Notes under the pieces: generated by a model
Told to the model about the DNA's origin: nothing
The model's input: only the letters and a program-made list of their open reading frames with translations
Database searches by the model: none
Part shown: positions 20,069 through 28,591 of the stretch, piece by piece
How positions within the stretch are numbered: position 1 is the first letter of the stretch
How the letters are laid out: the number at the start of each line of letters is the position of its first letter
Source of the DNA: Candidatus Daviesbacteria bacterium
GTDB taxonomy: Bacteria > Patescibacteriota > Microgenomatia > Daviesbacterales > UBA10151
NCBI GenBank assembly: GCA_016176405.1
Contig: JACOXG010000004.1
Location: forward strand, 9,082-73,081
Direction: 5' to 3'
DNA length: 64,000 nucleotides
Made by a program: the position numbers and the translations under genes

Positions 20069-20575
20069 ATGAGTTTAGAAAAATATCCGGCTGAAGGGGA
20101 AATAGCAAAAGATCCTGTTTTTGGTAATTTATATACTGCCAGAAATTTGCAAGAAGCATTACGGGGTGGTGAACAAGTTAGAACAGAATATCAAGAAACT
20201 CTTAGAAAGCTTCATAATAATAAAGTGCATTCAATTATAGCGCTAAAGGAGCTTATAATTGAGGATAGTGTGGGAGCTAGTGATCTTGTTGAAGCTTTTA
20301 TATATGTTCCTAATCTTCGGCACAGTAGAGAAGCCGGCGTCTCAAGATTAACAAGAAGAATAATAATTTTTGATGATTCTGGAAATTGTGAGGTTACAGT
20401 CCATAAAAATGTAACAGCTCCTCTAACAGAGCTAAAAAATGATTGGTATTCTGATGTAATTTTACTTGGCGTTTATCATCCAGACGCCAGTTCTTTTTCT
20501 CTTACCCATTATCTTCATGGGCATGTACCAATAACTGAAATTAGACAAAGAGTACTTTACCCCAAAAAACCCTAA
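20069..20575 (+). CDS. Hypothetical protein
   Basis: ORF only; no recognisable motif. Confidence 0.4.
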   Translation: MSLEKYPAEGEIAKDPVFGNLYTARNLQEALRGGEQVRTEYQETLRKLHNNKVHSIIALKELIIEDSVGASDLVEAFIYVPNLRHSREAGVSRLTRRIIIFDDSGNCEVTVHKNVTAPLTELKNDWYSDVILLGVYHPDASSFSLTHYLHGHVPITEIRQRVLYPKKP

Positions 20576-20594
20576 TATTAAACTACGTTCCCAC

Positions 20595-20656
20595 ATCTCA
20601 AGTGGGAAGCTAGATTGTAAATTCCATCTCAAGTGGGAAGCTAGATTGTAAATTCC
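20595..20656. repeat. 31-bp perfect tandem direct repeat x2 (atctcaagtgggaagctagattgtaaattcc)
   Basis: Two adjacent identical copies with no spacer; overlaps the stop codon of the minus-strand ORF 20641-21297. Confidence 0.9.
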
Positions 20657-21297
20657 GCTAAGAATTCCTCTATTTGTGCTTGAGAGATACCAAGAAGCCT
20701 CAGATCTTTTAGGTCTTTTGGTCTGGGAGGTGCAATGTGTAGAGGTGTACTATGTAAATCAACTGATTTACTAAATGTTAATGCTAGAGCATCAAGAATA
20801 TAGACTGGTCTTCCATTAAATTGTACTGGGGTTGAATGACTAAAAAGAATCCTAATATTAGGTTCACTACCAGGAATTCTACGTGATTCGAGCCAGCGTT
20901 TTGCGCTTTTGGAAGGGGTTCCTGCAAATTTTTTCTCTGTCTCACTATCTTCGCTTCGAAGTACTAAATCTACATCCTCTGGAATTTGTCTTGTAGGTAT
21001 TAATAAATGTACCGCTACCCCACCTTCTATAAGGTATTGTAATTGTCCATTTTCAACTTGTGGAAAAATAGAAATTAAAAGATCTAGAATTTTATCCCAG
21101 GAGGGTTGAGGATTTTCCCTATATAATGCTTCCAATGAAGGATGCCTTGGATAGACTATTATTGGTGGGAGTTCTTTCATAAGTTGAATTATACAATAAT
21201 TCATGCATTTTCTTCGGGTCTTCTTAGTGGTAAAATGGAATTTTGTCCCAACGTCATTCCTGCGAATGCTCGCTTCGCGAAGCGAGCAGGAATCCAA
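20641..21297 (-). CDS. Hypothetical protein, possible nucleotidyltransferase-fold (GG...DVDLV); annotated N-terminus is probably repeat-derived
   Basis: IEGGVAVHLL...EDVDLVL motif; first 30 codons are the reverse-strand translation of palindromic element B, so the real start is probably MNYCII (about 21204). Confidence 0.4.
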   Translation of the reverse strand: MDSCSLREASIRRNDVGTKFHFTTKKTRRKCMNYCIIQLMKELPPIIVYPRHPSLEALYRENPQPSWDKILDLLISIFPQVENGQLQYLIEGGVAVHLLIPTRQIPEDVDLVLRSEDSETEKKFAGTPSKSAKRWLESRRIPGSEPNIRILFSHSTPVQFNGRPVYILDALALTFSKSVDLHSTPLHIAPPRPKDLKDLRLLGISQAQIEEFLAEFTI

Positions 21298-21345
21298 TTA
21301 ATAAAATCACGTTCAGAATTGGATCCCCGCCTACGCGGGGATGAC
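21253..21345. repeat. Palindromic element family B (two hairpins: cattcctgc..gcaggaatg and atccccgc-cta-gcggggat) with an extra nested palindrome (gctcgcttcgcgaagcgagc), 18 bp upstream of the uvrB start
   Basis: Near-identical copy in dinB (63114-63188) and a shorter inverted copy in tkt (46931-46987); translated on the plus strand it gives VIPAN...AGIQ...ELDPRLRGDD, a motif widespread in other bacteria. Confidence 0.8.
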
Positions 21346-21362
21346 GAAAGGAAGAATATTTT

Positions 21363-23375
21363 ATGGCAAAGTTTATGATAGTTTCTGACTTTAAACCTAC
21401 TGGGGATCAGCCACAGGCTATTGAGAAGCTGGTGAGTGGATTAAATAATAATGAGAAACATCAAGTTTTGCTTGGTGTGACAGGTTCTGGAAAAACTTTT
21501 ACCATGGCCAATGTGATCCAAAAAGTCCAAAGGCCTACCTTAGTTATTTCTCATAACAAAACTCTTGCAGGGCAGCTGGCTCAAGAATTCAGGTCCCTTT
21601 TTCCCAACAATGCCGTGGAATATTTCGTTTCATACTATGATTATTACCAGCCCGAGGCTTATGTGCCTCAATCAGATACTTATATAGAAAAAGAGACAGA
21701 AATTAATGAGGAAATTGAAAAATTAAGGCTTTCCACTACTACTTCTTTGATGACCCGAAAAGATGTGATTGTGGTGGCCTCAGTATCCTGTATCTATAAC
21801 TTAGGTTCTCCTGTTGAATATGGCGGAGCTATTTTGGAGCTTAAAGAAGGGGTAAGATCTGGATTCCAATCCATTTTGAAGATGTTACAGAAAATGTATT
21901 ACTTGCGGAATGATTTAGATTTTAGAAGATCTACTTATAGAGTTAGAGGTGATACATTGGATATTTATCCTTCATACGCAGATTCTGCTGTTAGAGTAGA
22001 GTTTTTGGGGGACAAGATTGAAAGAGTATCTCATCTTGATCCTTTAACTGGAACAGTTACACCTACTTCCCAAACTTTGACTATTTTTCCTGCCAAACAC
22101 TACATTACTTCTGAGGCCAGATTTGAAGGAGCTTTAAAACAGATTCAGGAAGATTTGGTGGCCAGATTAAAACAGCTTAGGAAACAGGGAAAACTGTTGG
22201 AAGCTCAAAGATTAGAGCAAAGAACTTATTATGATCTGGAAATGATCAAAGAGTTTGGATATTGTAATGGAATTGAGAATTATTCCAGGTATTTTGATGG
22301 AAGAGCTCCAGGTGAGTCACCTTTTACTTTAATGGAATATTTTCCTAAGGATTTTTTACTAATTATTGATGAATCACACATTACTCTTCCTCAAATTAGG
22401 GGTATGTATAATGGTGACAGATCCAGAAAAGAAACCTTGGTTGAGTTTGGATTTAGGCTTCCCTCAGCTTTAGATAATAGACCGCTAAAATACGAGGAAT
22501 TTCAAAGGAAAATAAATCAAGCTATCTATGTTTCAGCCACTCCTGATGAGTATGAATTGAGTTTGGCTGGGGCTCACCTCCGAGGTGAGGGCAAGGTGAC
22601 ATCTGGCACACACCTCGGAGGTGTGGTGGAACAACTGGTCAGGCCAACAGGGATCGTAGATCCACAAATTTCTGTTAGAGGAACCAAAGGACAAATTGAT
22701 GATGTGATCAAAGAGGTAGAAAAACGCGTGGAACGTGGAGAGCGAGTCTTGATCACTACACTTACCAAAAGAATGGCAGAGGATCTGACTGACTATTTGA
22801 AAGAGAAAGGAATTAAGGTGAACTATTTACATTCAGATATTGAGACATTAAAAAGGTCTGATATTTTACAATCTTTAAGATTAGGGGAATTTGATGTGAT
22901 TGTGGGAATTAATCTTTTAAGAGAAGGTTTAGATTTACCAGAAGTAACTTTAGTCATAATCTTAGATGCTGATAAAGAAGGATTTTTAAGATCAAAAACC
23001 TCACTTATACAAACCATGGGCAGAGCTGCTAGAAATATTGGAGGAGAGGTAATTATGTATGCAGATAATGTGACAAAGTCTATGAAAGCTGCTATAGAGG
23101 AGGTGGATAGAAGAAGACAATACCAGGAGGAATATAATAAAAAACATAAAATAAAACCTAGAAGTATTGAGAAAGCTTTAAGGGAAAGGTTAATTGAGCA
23201 AGTTGAAGAGTTAGAAGAGCAATTGGGTAAAAAAGAGTTAAGAGTGGAGGATATTCCACCAAAAGAAAGAGATAAAATGTTAAGAAATTTAGAAACTCAA
23301 ATGAAACAAGCAGCAGAACTTTTGGATTTTGAGGAAGCAGCAAGACTTAGGGATCAAATTAAGGAGCTAAGTTAG
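21363..23375 (+). CDS. uvrB: Excinuclease ABC subunit B (UvrB), carrying an in-frame 18-aa insertion from a palindromic repeat
   Basis: Walker A GVTGSGKTFT, helicase motifs, beta-hairpin region, C-terminal UvrBC coiled-coil domain (EEAARLRDQIKEL); insertion [18 protein letters not shown] between YELSLAG and VEQLVRPTG. Confidence 0.95.
   Translation: MAKFMIVSDFKPTGDQPQAIEKLVSGLNNNEKHQVLLGVTGSGKTFTMANVIQKVQRPTLVISHNKTLAGQLAQEFRSLFPNNAVEYFVSYYDYYQPEAYVPQSDTYIEKETEINEEIEKLRLSTTTSLMTRKDVIVVASVSCIYNLGSPVEYGGAILELKEGVRSGFQSILKMLQKMYYLRNDLDFRRSTYRVRGDTLDIYPSYADSAVRVEFLGDKIERVSHLDPLTGTVTPTSQTLTIFPAKHYITSEARFEGALKQIQEDLVARLKQLRKQGKLLEAQRLEQRTYYDLEMIKEFGYCNGIENYSRYFDGRAPGESPFTLMEYFPKDFLLIIDESHITLPQIRGMYNGDRSRKETLVEFGFRLPSALDNRPLKYEEFQRKINQAIYVSATPDEYELSLAGAHLRGEGKVTSGTHLGGVVEQLVRPTGIVDPQISVRGTKGQIDDVIKEVEKRVERGERVLITTLTKRMAEDLTDYLKEKGIKVNYLHSDIETLKRSDILQSLRLGEFDVIVGINLLREGLDLPEVTLVIILDADKEGFLRSKTSLIQTMGRAARNIGGEVIMYADNVTKSMKAAIEEVDRRRQYQEEYNKKHKIKPRSIEKALRERLIEQVEELEEQLGKKELRVEDIPPKERDKMLRNLETQMKQAAELLDFEEAARLRDQIKELS
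22575..22623. repeat. REPIN-like element family A (cacctcCgaggtg - 23 bp - cacctcGgaggtg) inserted in-frame in uvrB
   Basis: Two 13-bp palindromes in inverted orientation; same arms at 25176-25224 (uvrA), 63728-63777 (dinB) and related palindromes flanking the HuH transposase gene at 48785-48809/49524-49543. Confidence 0.85.
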
Positions 23376-23688
23376 GAGTTGCTTTCGCAGGGTCGGGAAC
23401 AGGAAGCTGATTTACAAAGTCCCTTATTTTCCCCCAATTATTTTCCTTTAATAGTCCACCTAATTGTTGCAAATCACTACCTGATATGAACCATGCTCTT
23501 CTTAATGATTCATTTAGTCCAGGTGCCCTCTCCCCTTCATTTTTAATGAGCTCAGTTATAGATTGGAACATGGCATCTGCATTGGCTTTAGGATTTTTTT
23601 GATTAATTAAGACTTGCTGAAGAGTAATCATGGCAAGCAAGTCTTGAGTTTCAAAATGGATACCTTCTTTTTGTTCTGCCTCAGCCAT
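23359..23688 (-). CDS. Hypothetical protein (109 aa)
   Basis: ORF only. Confidence 0.35.
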   Translation of the reverse strand: MAEAEQKEGIHFETQDLLAMITLQQVLINQKNPKANADAMFQSITELIKNEGERAPGLNESLRRAWFISGSDLQQLGGLLKENNWGKIRDFVNQLPVPDPAKATPNLAP

Positions 23689-23825
23689 ATAAAGTAATCT
23701 TATACCCCTTTAAAAATCTTGTCAAATACCTCATAATATGGTCTTTAAAGATTCAAGGGCTTCCAAAATCTTGCAAAAGAGATTATAATATCCCAGTCAT
23801 TTTTCGGGAATTTTTCGTATGCCTA

Positions 23826-25532
23826 TTGACAAAATTATTATCAAAGGTGCTCGTGAGCACAATCTTGGCTTTTGATACCCTATATGCTGAGGGGCAGAGA
23901 AGATATGTTGAATCCCTTTCTGCTTATGCCAGGCAGTTTTTGGGGGTCATGGATAAGCCTGATGTAGATTTAATTGAAGGATTATCTCCTGCTATTTCTA
24001 TTGATCAAAAAGGAGTTTCACACAATCCCAGATCTACTGTTGGAACAACTACTGAAATTTATGATTACTTAAGGCTACTTTTTGCCAGAATTGGCCATCC
24101 TCATTGTCCTATTTGTGGCAGGGAAATTAGTAGGATGAGTGTGGAACAGATTGTGGAAATAGTCATCAGTAGTCAGTCATCAGCTATCAGCAAGAAGGGG
24201 AGAAGAATCATGGTTTTGGCTCCTGTTGTTAAAGATAGAAAAGGGGAGTACTCCTCGCTTTTTGAAGATTTAAGAAAGAAAGGTTTTTCTAAAGCCAGAG
24301 TTGATGGGCAGATTAGGGATTTGAGTGAGGATTTTGTATTGATTAAAACTAATAAGCACACTATTGATGTCGTAGTTGATCGGCTCGTGTTAGAGTCTAG
24401 AGTCAAGAATCTAGAATCTAGTGAGACACAATATAGACTCTCGACTCTAGCGACTAGACTCTCACAAAGTATTGAAACAGCAGTTAAATTAGGTGAAGGA
24501 TCTGTAATAGTTTCTGATGTTTTAGATGCTTCTTTAGAATTTCCCCAGAGCCCTAAAAAAATGGAAGATCACCTATACTCTGAAAGATTTGCCTGTCCTG
24601 TTGACAATATAGCTCTATCTGAGGTTGAGCCCAGATTATTTTCTTTTAATTCCCCCCACGGAGCTTGTCCAACATGCTCCGGATTAGGTTCTCTTTTAGA
24701 GATTGATCCGGAAATGGTCTTAAACCCAATTTTATCCATTGCTGAGGGTGGAATTTTACCCTGGCAAAAATTAGCCACTCATGAAACCTGGTTTTCCAGG
24801 CTAATTGAGGCAGTGGGTAAGGAATATGGCTTTGACTTAAACACCAGATTAGGACAGCTTTCAGATGAGGCTAAAAAAGTGCTTCTACATGGTTCAGGAG
24901 ACGATGAATTCAGAGTGGAAGGTAGAAATAGACAAGGCAGATGGACCTCATTTTATTCTGAATTTCAAGGCTTAGTTCCATATTTAAAGCAAAGATACCA
25001 AGAATCTGAATCAGATTATGTCAGAGCAGAAATTGAAAAATATATGTATAAAGAAACATGTCCCAAATGTAAAGGGGCTAGGCTTAAAGATGAGGCTTTA
25101 TCAATCACCATTGATGGTTTAAATATTGCTGAGGTGACCACCCAATCTATCAACGAAGCTTTAGATTGGATTGCTCACCTCCGAGGTGAGGGCAAGGTGA
25201 TGTCTGGATCACACCTCGGAGGTGTACTCTCGGAACGAGAATGGCAAATTGCCACCTCAATTGTCAAAGAAATTAAAGCTAGATCACAGTTTTTGATTGA
25301 TGTAGGTTTAGATTATTTAACTTTAGATAGACCCTCTATGACTTTGGCAGGAGGGGAGTCACAAAGGATCAGATTGGCCTCTCAAATTGGTTCAGGGTTA
25401 TCTGGAGTTTTATATGTTTTAGATGAACCCTCAATTGGTTTACATCAAAGGGATAATGCCAGGTTGATTGATACTTTAAAGAGACTGCGGGATTTGGGAC
25501 GGAGGGAAAATTGTCGATACTGGAACCCCTGA
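23826..25532 (+). CDS. uvrA: Excinuclease ABC subunit A (UvrA), N-terminal/central segment; gene appears disrupted
   Basis: [26 protein letters not shown], zinc-finger Cys pairs, ABC signature [12 protein letters not shown]; a separate upstream start [16 protein letters not shown] (23819) is in another frame and the NBD-I Walker A segment is absent; contains three repeat-derived in-frame insertions. Confidence 0.85.
   Translation: MTKLLSKVLVSTILAFDTLYAEGQRRYVESLSAYARQFLGVMDKPDVDLIEGLSPAISIDQKGVSHNPRSTVGTTTEIYDYLRLLFARIGHPHCPICGREISRMSVEQIVEIVISSQSSAISKKGRRIMVLAPVVKDRKGEYSSLFEDLRKKGFSKARVDGQIRDLSEDFVLIKTNKHTIDVVVDRLVLESRVKNLESSETQYRLSTLATRLSQSIETAVKLGEGSVIVSDVLDASLEFPQSPKKMEDHLYSERFACPVDNIALSEVEPRLFSFNSPHGACPTCSGLGSLLEIDPEMVLNPILSIAEGGILPWQKLATHETWFSRLIEAVGKEYGFDLNTRLGQLSDEAKKVLLHGSGDDEFRVEGRNRQGRWTSFYSEFQGLVPYLKQRYQESESDYVRAEIEKYMYKETCPKCKGARLKDEALSITIDGLNIAEVTTQSINEALDWIAHLRGEGKVMSGSHLGGVLSEREWQIATSIVKEIKARSQFLIDVGLDYLTLDRPSMTLAGGESQRIRLASQIGSGLSGVLYVLDEPSIGLHQRDNARLIDTLKRLRDLGRRENCRYWNP
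24391..24463. repeat. Palindromic element family C (tagagtctagagtc...agactctcgactctagcgactagactct) inserted in-frame in uvrA
   Basis: Related copy at 52335-52401 (intergenic in the MacAB-like operon); encodes [24 protein letters not shown]. Confidence 0.7.
25176..25224. repeat. REPIN-like element family A inserted in-frame in uvrA (encodes [18 protein letters not shown])
   Basis: Same 13-bp inverted palindromic arms as the uvrB copy; spacer differs at a few positions. Confidence 0.85.
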
Positions 25533-25590
25533 CCAAATTAAAAAGAGCCCAGCCTCTTTAACAGGTCAATATTTATCCGGAAAAAAGCAG

Positions 25591-26622
25591 GTGAGAGTTA
25601 ATGGAGAACTGAGAAGACAATATGTGAACATGGGACATTTAAAAATTAAGGGAGCCTCTCAGCATAATTTAAAAAATATCAATGTAGATTTTCCTTTGGG
25701 ACAATTTATAGCAATCACTGGAGTTTCAGGTTCAGGTAAATCAACTTTAATTCATGATATTTTATATAAAGCTTTAGCTCAGAAAGTTTATAAAACTAAG
25801 GAAAGACCAGGAGCTCATAAGGAATTGGAAGGTATGGAGTATGTGGACAAGGTGGTTTTAGTTGATCAATCACCAATTGGTCGGACTCCCCGCTCAAATC
25901 CAGCCACCTACACAGGCGCTTTTACTTTTATCAGAGATTTATTTGCCCAAAGTCCTGAGGCTAAAATCAGAGGTTATGGACCTGGCAGATTTTCTTTTAA
26001 TGTCAAAGGTGGCAGGTGTGAGGTTTGTGAGGGAGAAGGACAGCTCAAAATTGAGATGCAGTTTTTACCGGATGTGTATGTGACTTGTGAGGCATGTAAT
26101 GGTAAAAGATATAACAGAGAAGCTTTGGATATTCATTTTAAAGAAAAAAATATCTCAGATGTTTTAGAAATGACTGTGGAGGAAGGGTTAAAGTTTTTTG
26201 AAAATATTCCTAATTTAAAAAATAAATTACAGGTGTTAAATGATGTGGGGTTAGGTTATATAGGGTTAGGTCAGCCAGCCCCAACCTTGAGTGGTGGTGA
26301 AGCCCAAAGAATAAAACTCTCTTCAGAGCTGTCCAAAAGACCAACAGGACACACAGTTTATATTTTGGATGAGCCCACCACTGGTTTACATTTTGCGGAT
26401 ATAGAAAGGCTTTTGACCATTCTAAGAAGACTGGTTAATTTTGGGAATACGGTCATAATTATTGAGCATAATTTAGATGTGATTAAAAATACCGATTGGG
26501 TCATAGACTTAGGCCCAGAAGGTGGGGATAAAGGAGGGCAAATTATAGCAGAAGGCACTCCCCAAAATATAGCCAAAATCAAATCTTCATATACCGGTCA
26601 ATATTTGGCAAAAATACTCTAA
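25591..26622 (+). CDS. uvrA: UvrA C-terminal segment (NBD-II); frame extends upstream to about 25495
   Basis: Walker [12 protein letters not shown], zinc finger [17 protein letters not shown], signature [12 protein letters not shown], Walker [13 protein letters not shown]-loop IIIEHN; separated from the upstream segment by a frame change plus loss of about 29 aa (NBD-I Walker B/H-loop). Confidence 0.85.
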   Translation: MRVNGELRRQYVNMGHLKIKGASQHNLKNINVDFPLGQFIAITGVSGSGKSTLIHDILYKALAQKVYKTKERPGAHKELEGMEYVDKVVLVDQSPIGRTPRSNPATYTGAFTFIRDLFAQSPEAKIRGYGPGRFSFNVKGGRCEVCEGEGQLKIEMQFLPDVYVTCEACNGKRYNREALDIHFKEKNISDVLEMTVEEGLKFFENIPNLKNKLQVLNDVGLGYIGLGQPAPTLSGGEAQRIKLSSELSKRPTGHTVYILDEPTTGLHFADIERLLTILRRLVNFGNTVIIIEHNLDVIKNTDWVIDLGPEGGDKGGQIIAEGTPQNIAKIKSSYTGQYLAKIL

Positions 26623-26659
26623 TTAGATTCATAACTCCTATTTTGTTACAATATGGGGA

Positions 26660-28591
26660 ATGTTTAAGAAGCTTTTCAGCCAAGTTATGAGTTATTGGTT
26701 ATGGGTTATGAGTGTCTTATTGTCTTTACTCATAACTCATAACTCATCACTCATCACTCCTGTCTATGCTGCTGAGGAGTTTGCTACCTCATATGAGGTG
26801 GTTTATGACATTACCGAAGATGGAATAACCACAGTTACTGAAAAAATTACCTTAATAAATTTAACTTCTCAATATTACGCCAACCAATTTAAGCTGACCA
26901 TTGGTGCCACCGAGGTTTTTGATGTCAAAGCCTCTGATGATGCTGGTGTCATGGAAGTCAATACCAAAAAGGAAGAAACTAGCACCTCTATTGAGGTTAA
27001 GTTTAACCAACAGGTGGCAGGTCTAGGTAAACAATTGCCCTGGACTTTACAATTTAAATCCAAAGATTTTGCCGAAAAAGTGGGAAAGGTTTGGGAAGTG
27101 AGAGCTCCCAAAATTTCCTCCAGCACCAATTTGGAGTCTTATAATCTGACCATTGCAGTTCCCCAAAGCTTTGGTGAACCAACCCTGATTACACCTAACC
27201 CCAAAAGCCAAACCAGCTCCACAGGTAGGCTATTTTTAACCTTTACCGAGGACCAGATTACCCAATCAGGAGTTTCTGCCAATTTTGGTACTATCCAGCT
27301 TTTTGATTTTGATCTGACCTATCATCTGGAAAATGACAATTTAGTACCCATCTTAACCAATATTGCTCTGCCTCCTGATACTGCTTTCCAGGATGTCATT
27401 TTTCAAAGGATTGAACCTAAGCCAATTAATGTCTCGGTTGATGAGGACGGCAATTATTTGGCCTGGTATCGACTAACCAGAGGCCAAAAATTGGATATTC
27501 AAGTAGTTGGTTCAGCCAAATTATATAGTAGTTCCAAAGTTAAAAATCCTATCTTAAGCGATGATCTCAAAAGAAAATATACCCGAGCAGACAAATATTG
27601 GGAAAGGGATAATCCCCAAATAATCTCCTTACTGACACAAATCCTGGGTGACACCCCTCCTGCCACTACATCAGAAAAGGCCAAATTAATTTTTCGCTAT
27701 GTGGTCAATAGCTTAAAATATGATCAATCCAGACTGACTGACGATATTGAAAGATATGGAGCAGTGACTGCTTTAAATAATCCTACTTCTGCGGTTTGTA
27801 TGGAATTTACTGATCTGTTTATTGCCCTGTCCCGGGCAGCTGGCATTCCTGCCAGGGAGCTCAATGGTTTTGCTTACTCAGCTAACCCAGCCTTAAGACC
27901 ACTTTCTCTAACCAAAGATATTTTGCACTCCTGGCCAGAATATTTCGATGAGAGAGTCGGTTGGGTCATGGTAGACCCCACCTGGGAAAATACCACTGGT
28001 GGGGTAGATTATTTTTCCAAACTTGATTTAAATCATTTTGTTTTTGTCACCAAAGGTTTATCTTCCATTCAACCGATTCCAGCCGGCTCTTATAAATACA
28101 GTGGGCAAGACAGCCGAGATGTCAAGGTGGTTTTATCTGATAAGGATTTTTTGGGGAAGGCCCAGATTAATGTGGAGGTTGAAGCTGCGAACCCCCTTCT
28201 GTCAGGTTTTGGAGGCAAAATAAAAGTTAAAATCACCAATCTAGGCAATGCTCTTTTTTCTTCTACCCCTTTTTCTTTGTCGAGTTCCCAAATATCTATT
28301 CAGTCCCACCAATCCTCAACCACTGGCCCTATACCTGCTTTTGGGACTGCTGAATTTGAATATAATGTCAAAACCAAATCATTATTTGATTCTTTTGATG
28401 ATAATTTAGTGGCTTTAGTCGGTGGGCAGAAATTTGAAAACCCCATCAGTGTTAGGCCTTTTATTCTCTTTCAAAGAGTACCCCTAATTATTTTCTCCAG
28501 CTTGATAGCTTTGATGGTGGTCCTTTATTTAACCATTCTTTTGGTCTTTACCTTAAGAAAAAGACACCTTTGGATATTTAGACCCAAATGA
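26660..28591 (+). CDS. Secreted transglutaminase-like (Cys-His-Asp) domain protein with C-terminal TM anchor
   Basis: Transglutaminase-core motifs AVCMEFTDLFIALSRAAGIPAR...HSWPEYF...VMVDPTW; signal peptide encoded by a heptamer inverted repeat. Confidence 0.7.
   Translation: MFKKLFSQVMSYWLWVMSVLLSLLITHNSSLITPVYAAEEFATSYEVVYDITEDGITTVTEKITLINLTSQYYANQFKLTIGATEVFDVKASDDAGVMEVNTKKEETSTSIEVKFNQQVAGLGKQLPWTLQFKSKDFAEKVGKVWEVRAPKISSSTNLESYNLTIAVPQSFGEPTLITPNPKSQTSSTGRLFLTFTEDQITQSGVSANFGTIQLFDFDLTYHLENDNLVPILTNIALPPDTAFQDVIFQRIEPKPINVSVDEDGNYLAWYRLTRGQKLDIQVVGSAKLYSSSKVKNPILSDDLKRKYTRADKYWERDNPQIISLLTQILGDTPPATTSEKAKLIFRYVVNSLKYDQSRLTDDIERYGAVTALNNPTSAVCMEFTDLFIALSRAAGIPARELNGFAYSANPALRPLSLTKDILHSWPEYFDERVGWVMVDPTWENTTGGVDYFSKLDLNHFVFVTKGLSSIQPIPAGSYKYSGQDSRDVKVVLSDKDFLGKAQINVEVEAANPLLSGFGGKIKVKITNLGNALFSSTPFSLSSSQISIQSHQSSTTGPIPAFGTAEFEYNVKTKSLFDSFDDNLVALVGGQKFENPISVRPFILFQRVPLIIFSSLIALMVVLYLTILLVFTLRKRHLWIFRPK
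26684..26759. repeat. Inverted arrays of heptamer-like direct repeats (gttatgag... / ...ctcataac) encoding the signal peptide of the transglutaminase-like protein
   Basis: Left arm gttatgagttattggttatgggttatgagtg versus right arm ctcataactcataactcatcactcatcactc. Confidence 0.7.

Noticed and set aside
20595-20656. Possible CRISPR repeat (31-bp unit repeated)
   Set aside because: Only two copies, directly adjacent with no spacer, and no cas genes nearby. It is a simple tandem duplication overlapping a gene's stop codon.
23819-26622. Stop-codon reassignment (for example UGA-as-Gly, code 25) as an explanation for broken uvrA/dinB/tkt
   Set aside because: The breaks are frame changes and missing segments, not in-frame TGA codons. 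All other genes read through with standard code 11 stops.
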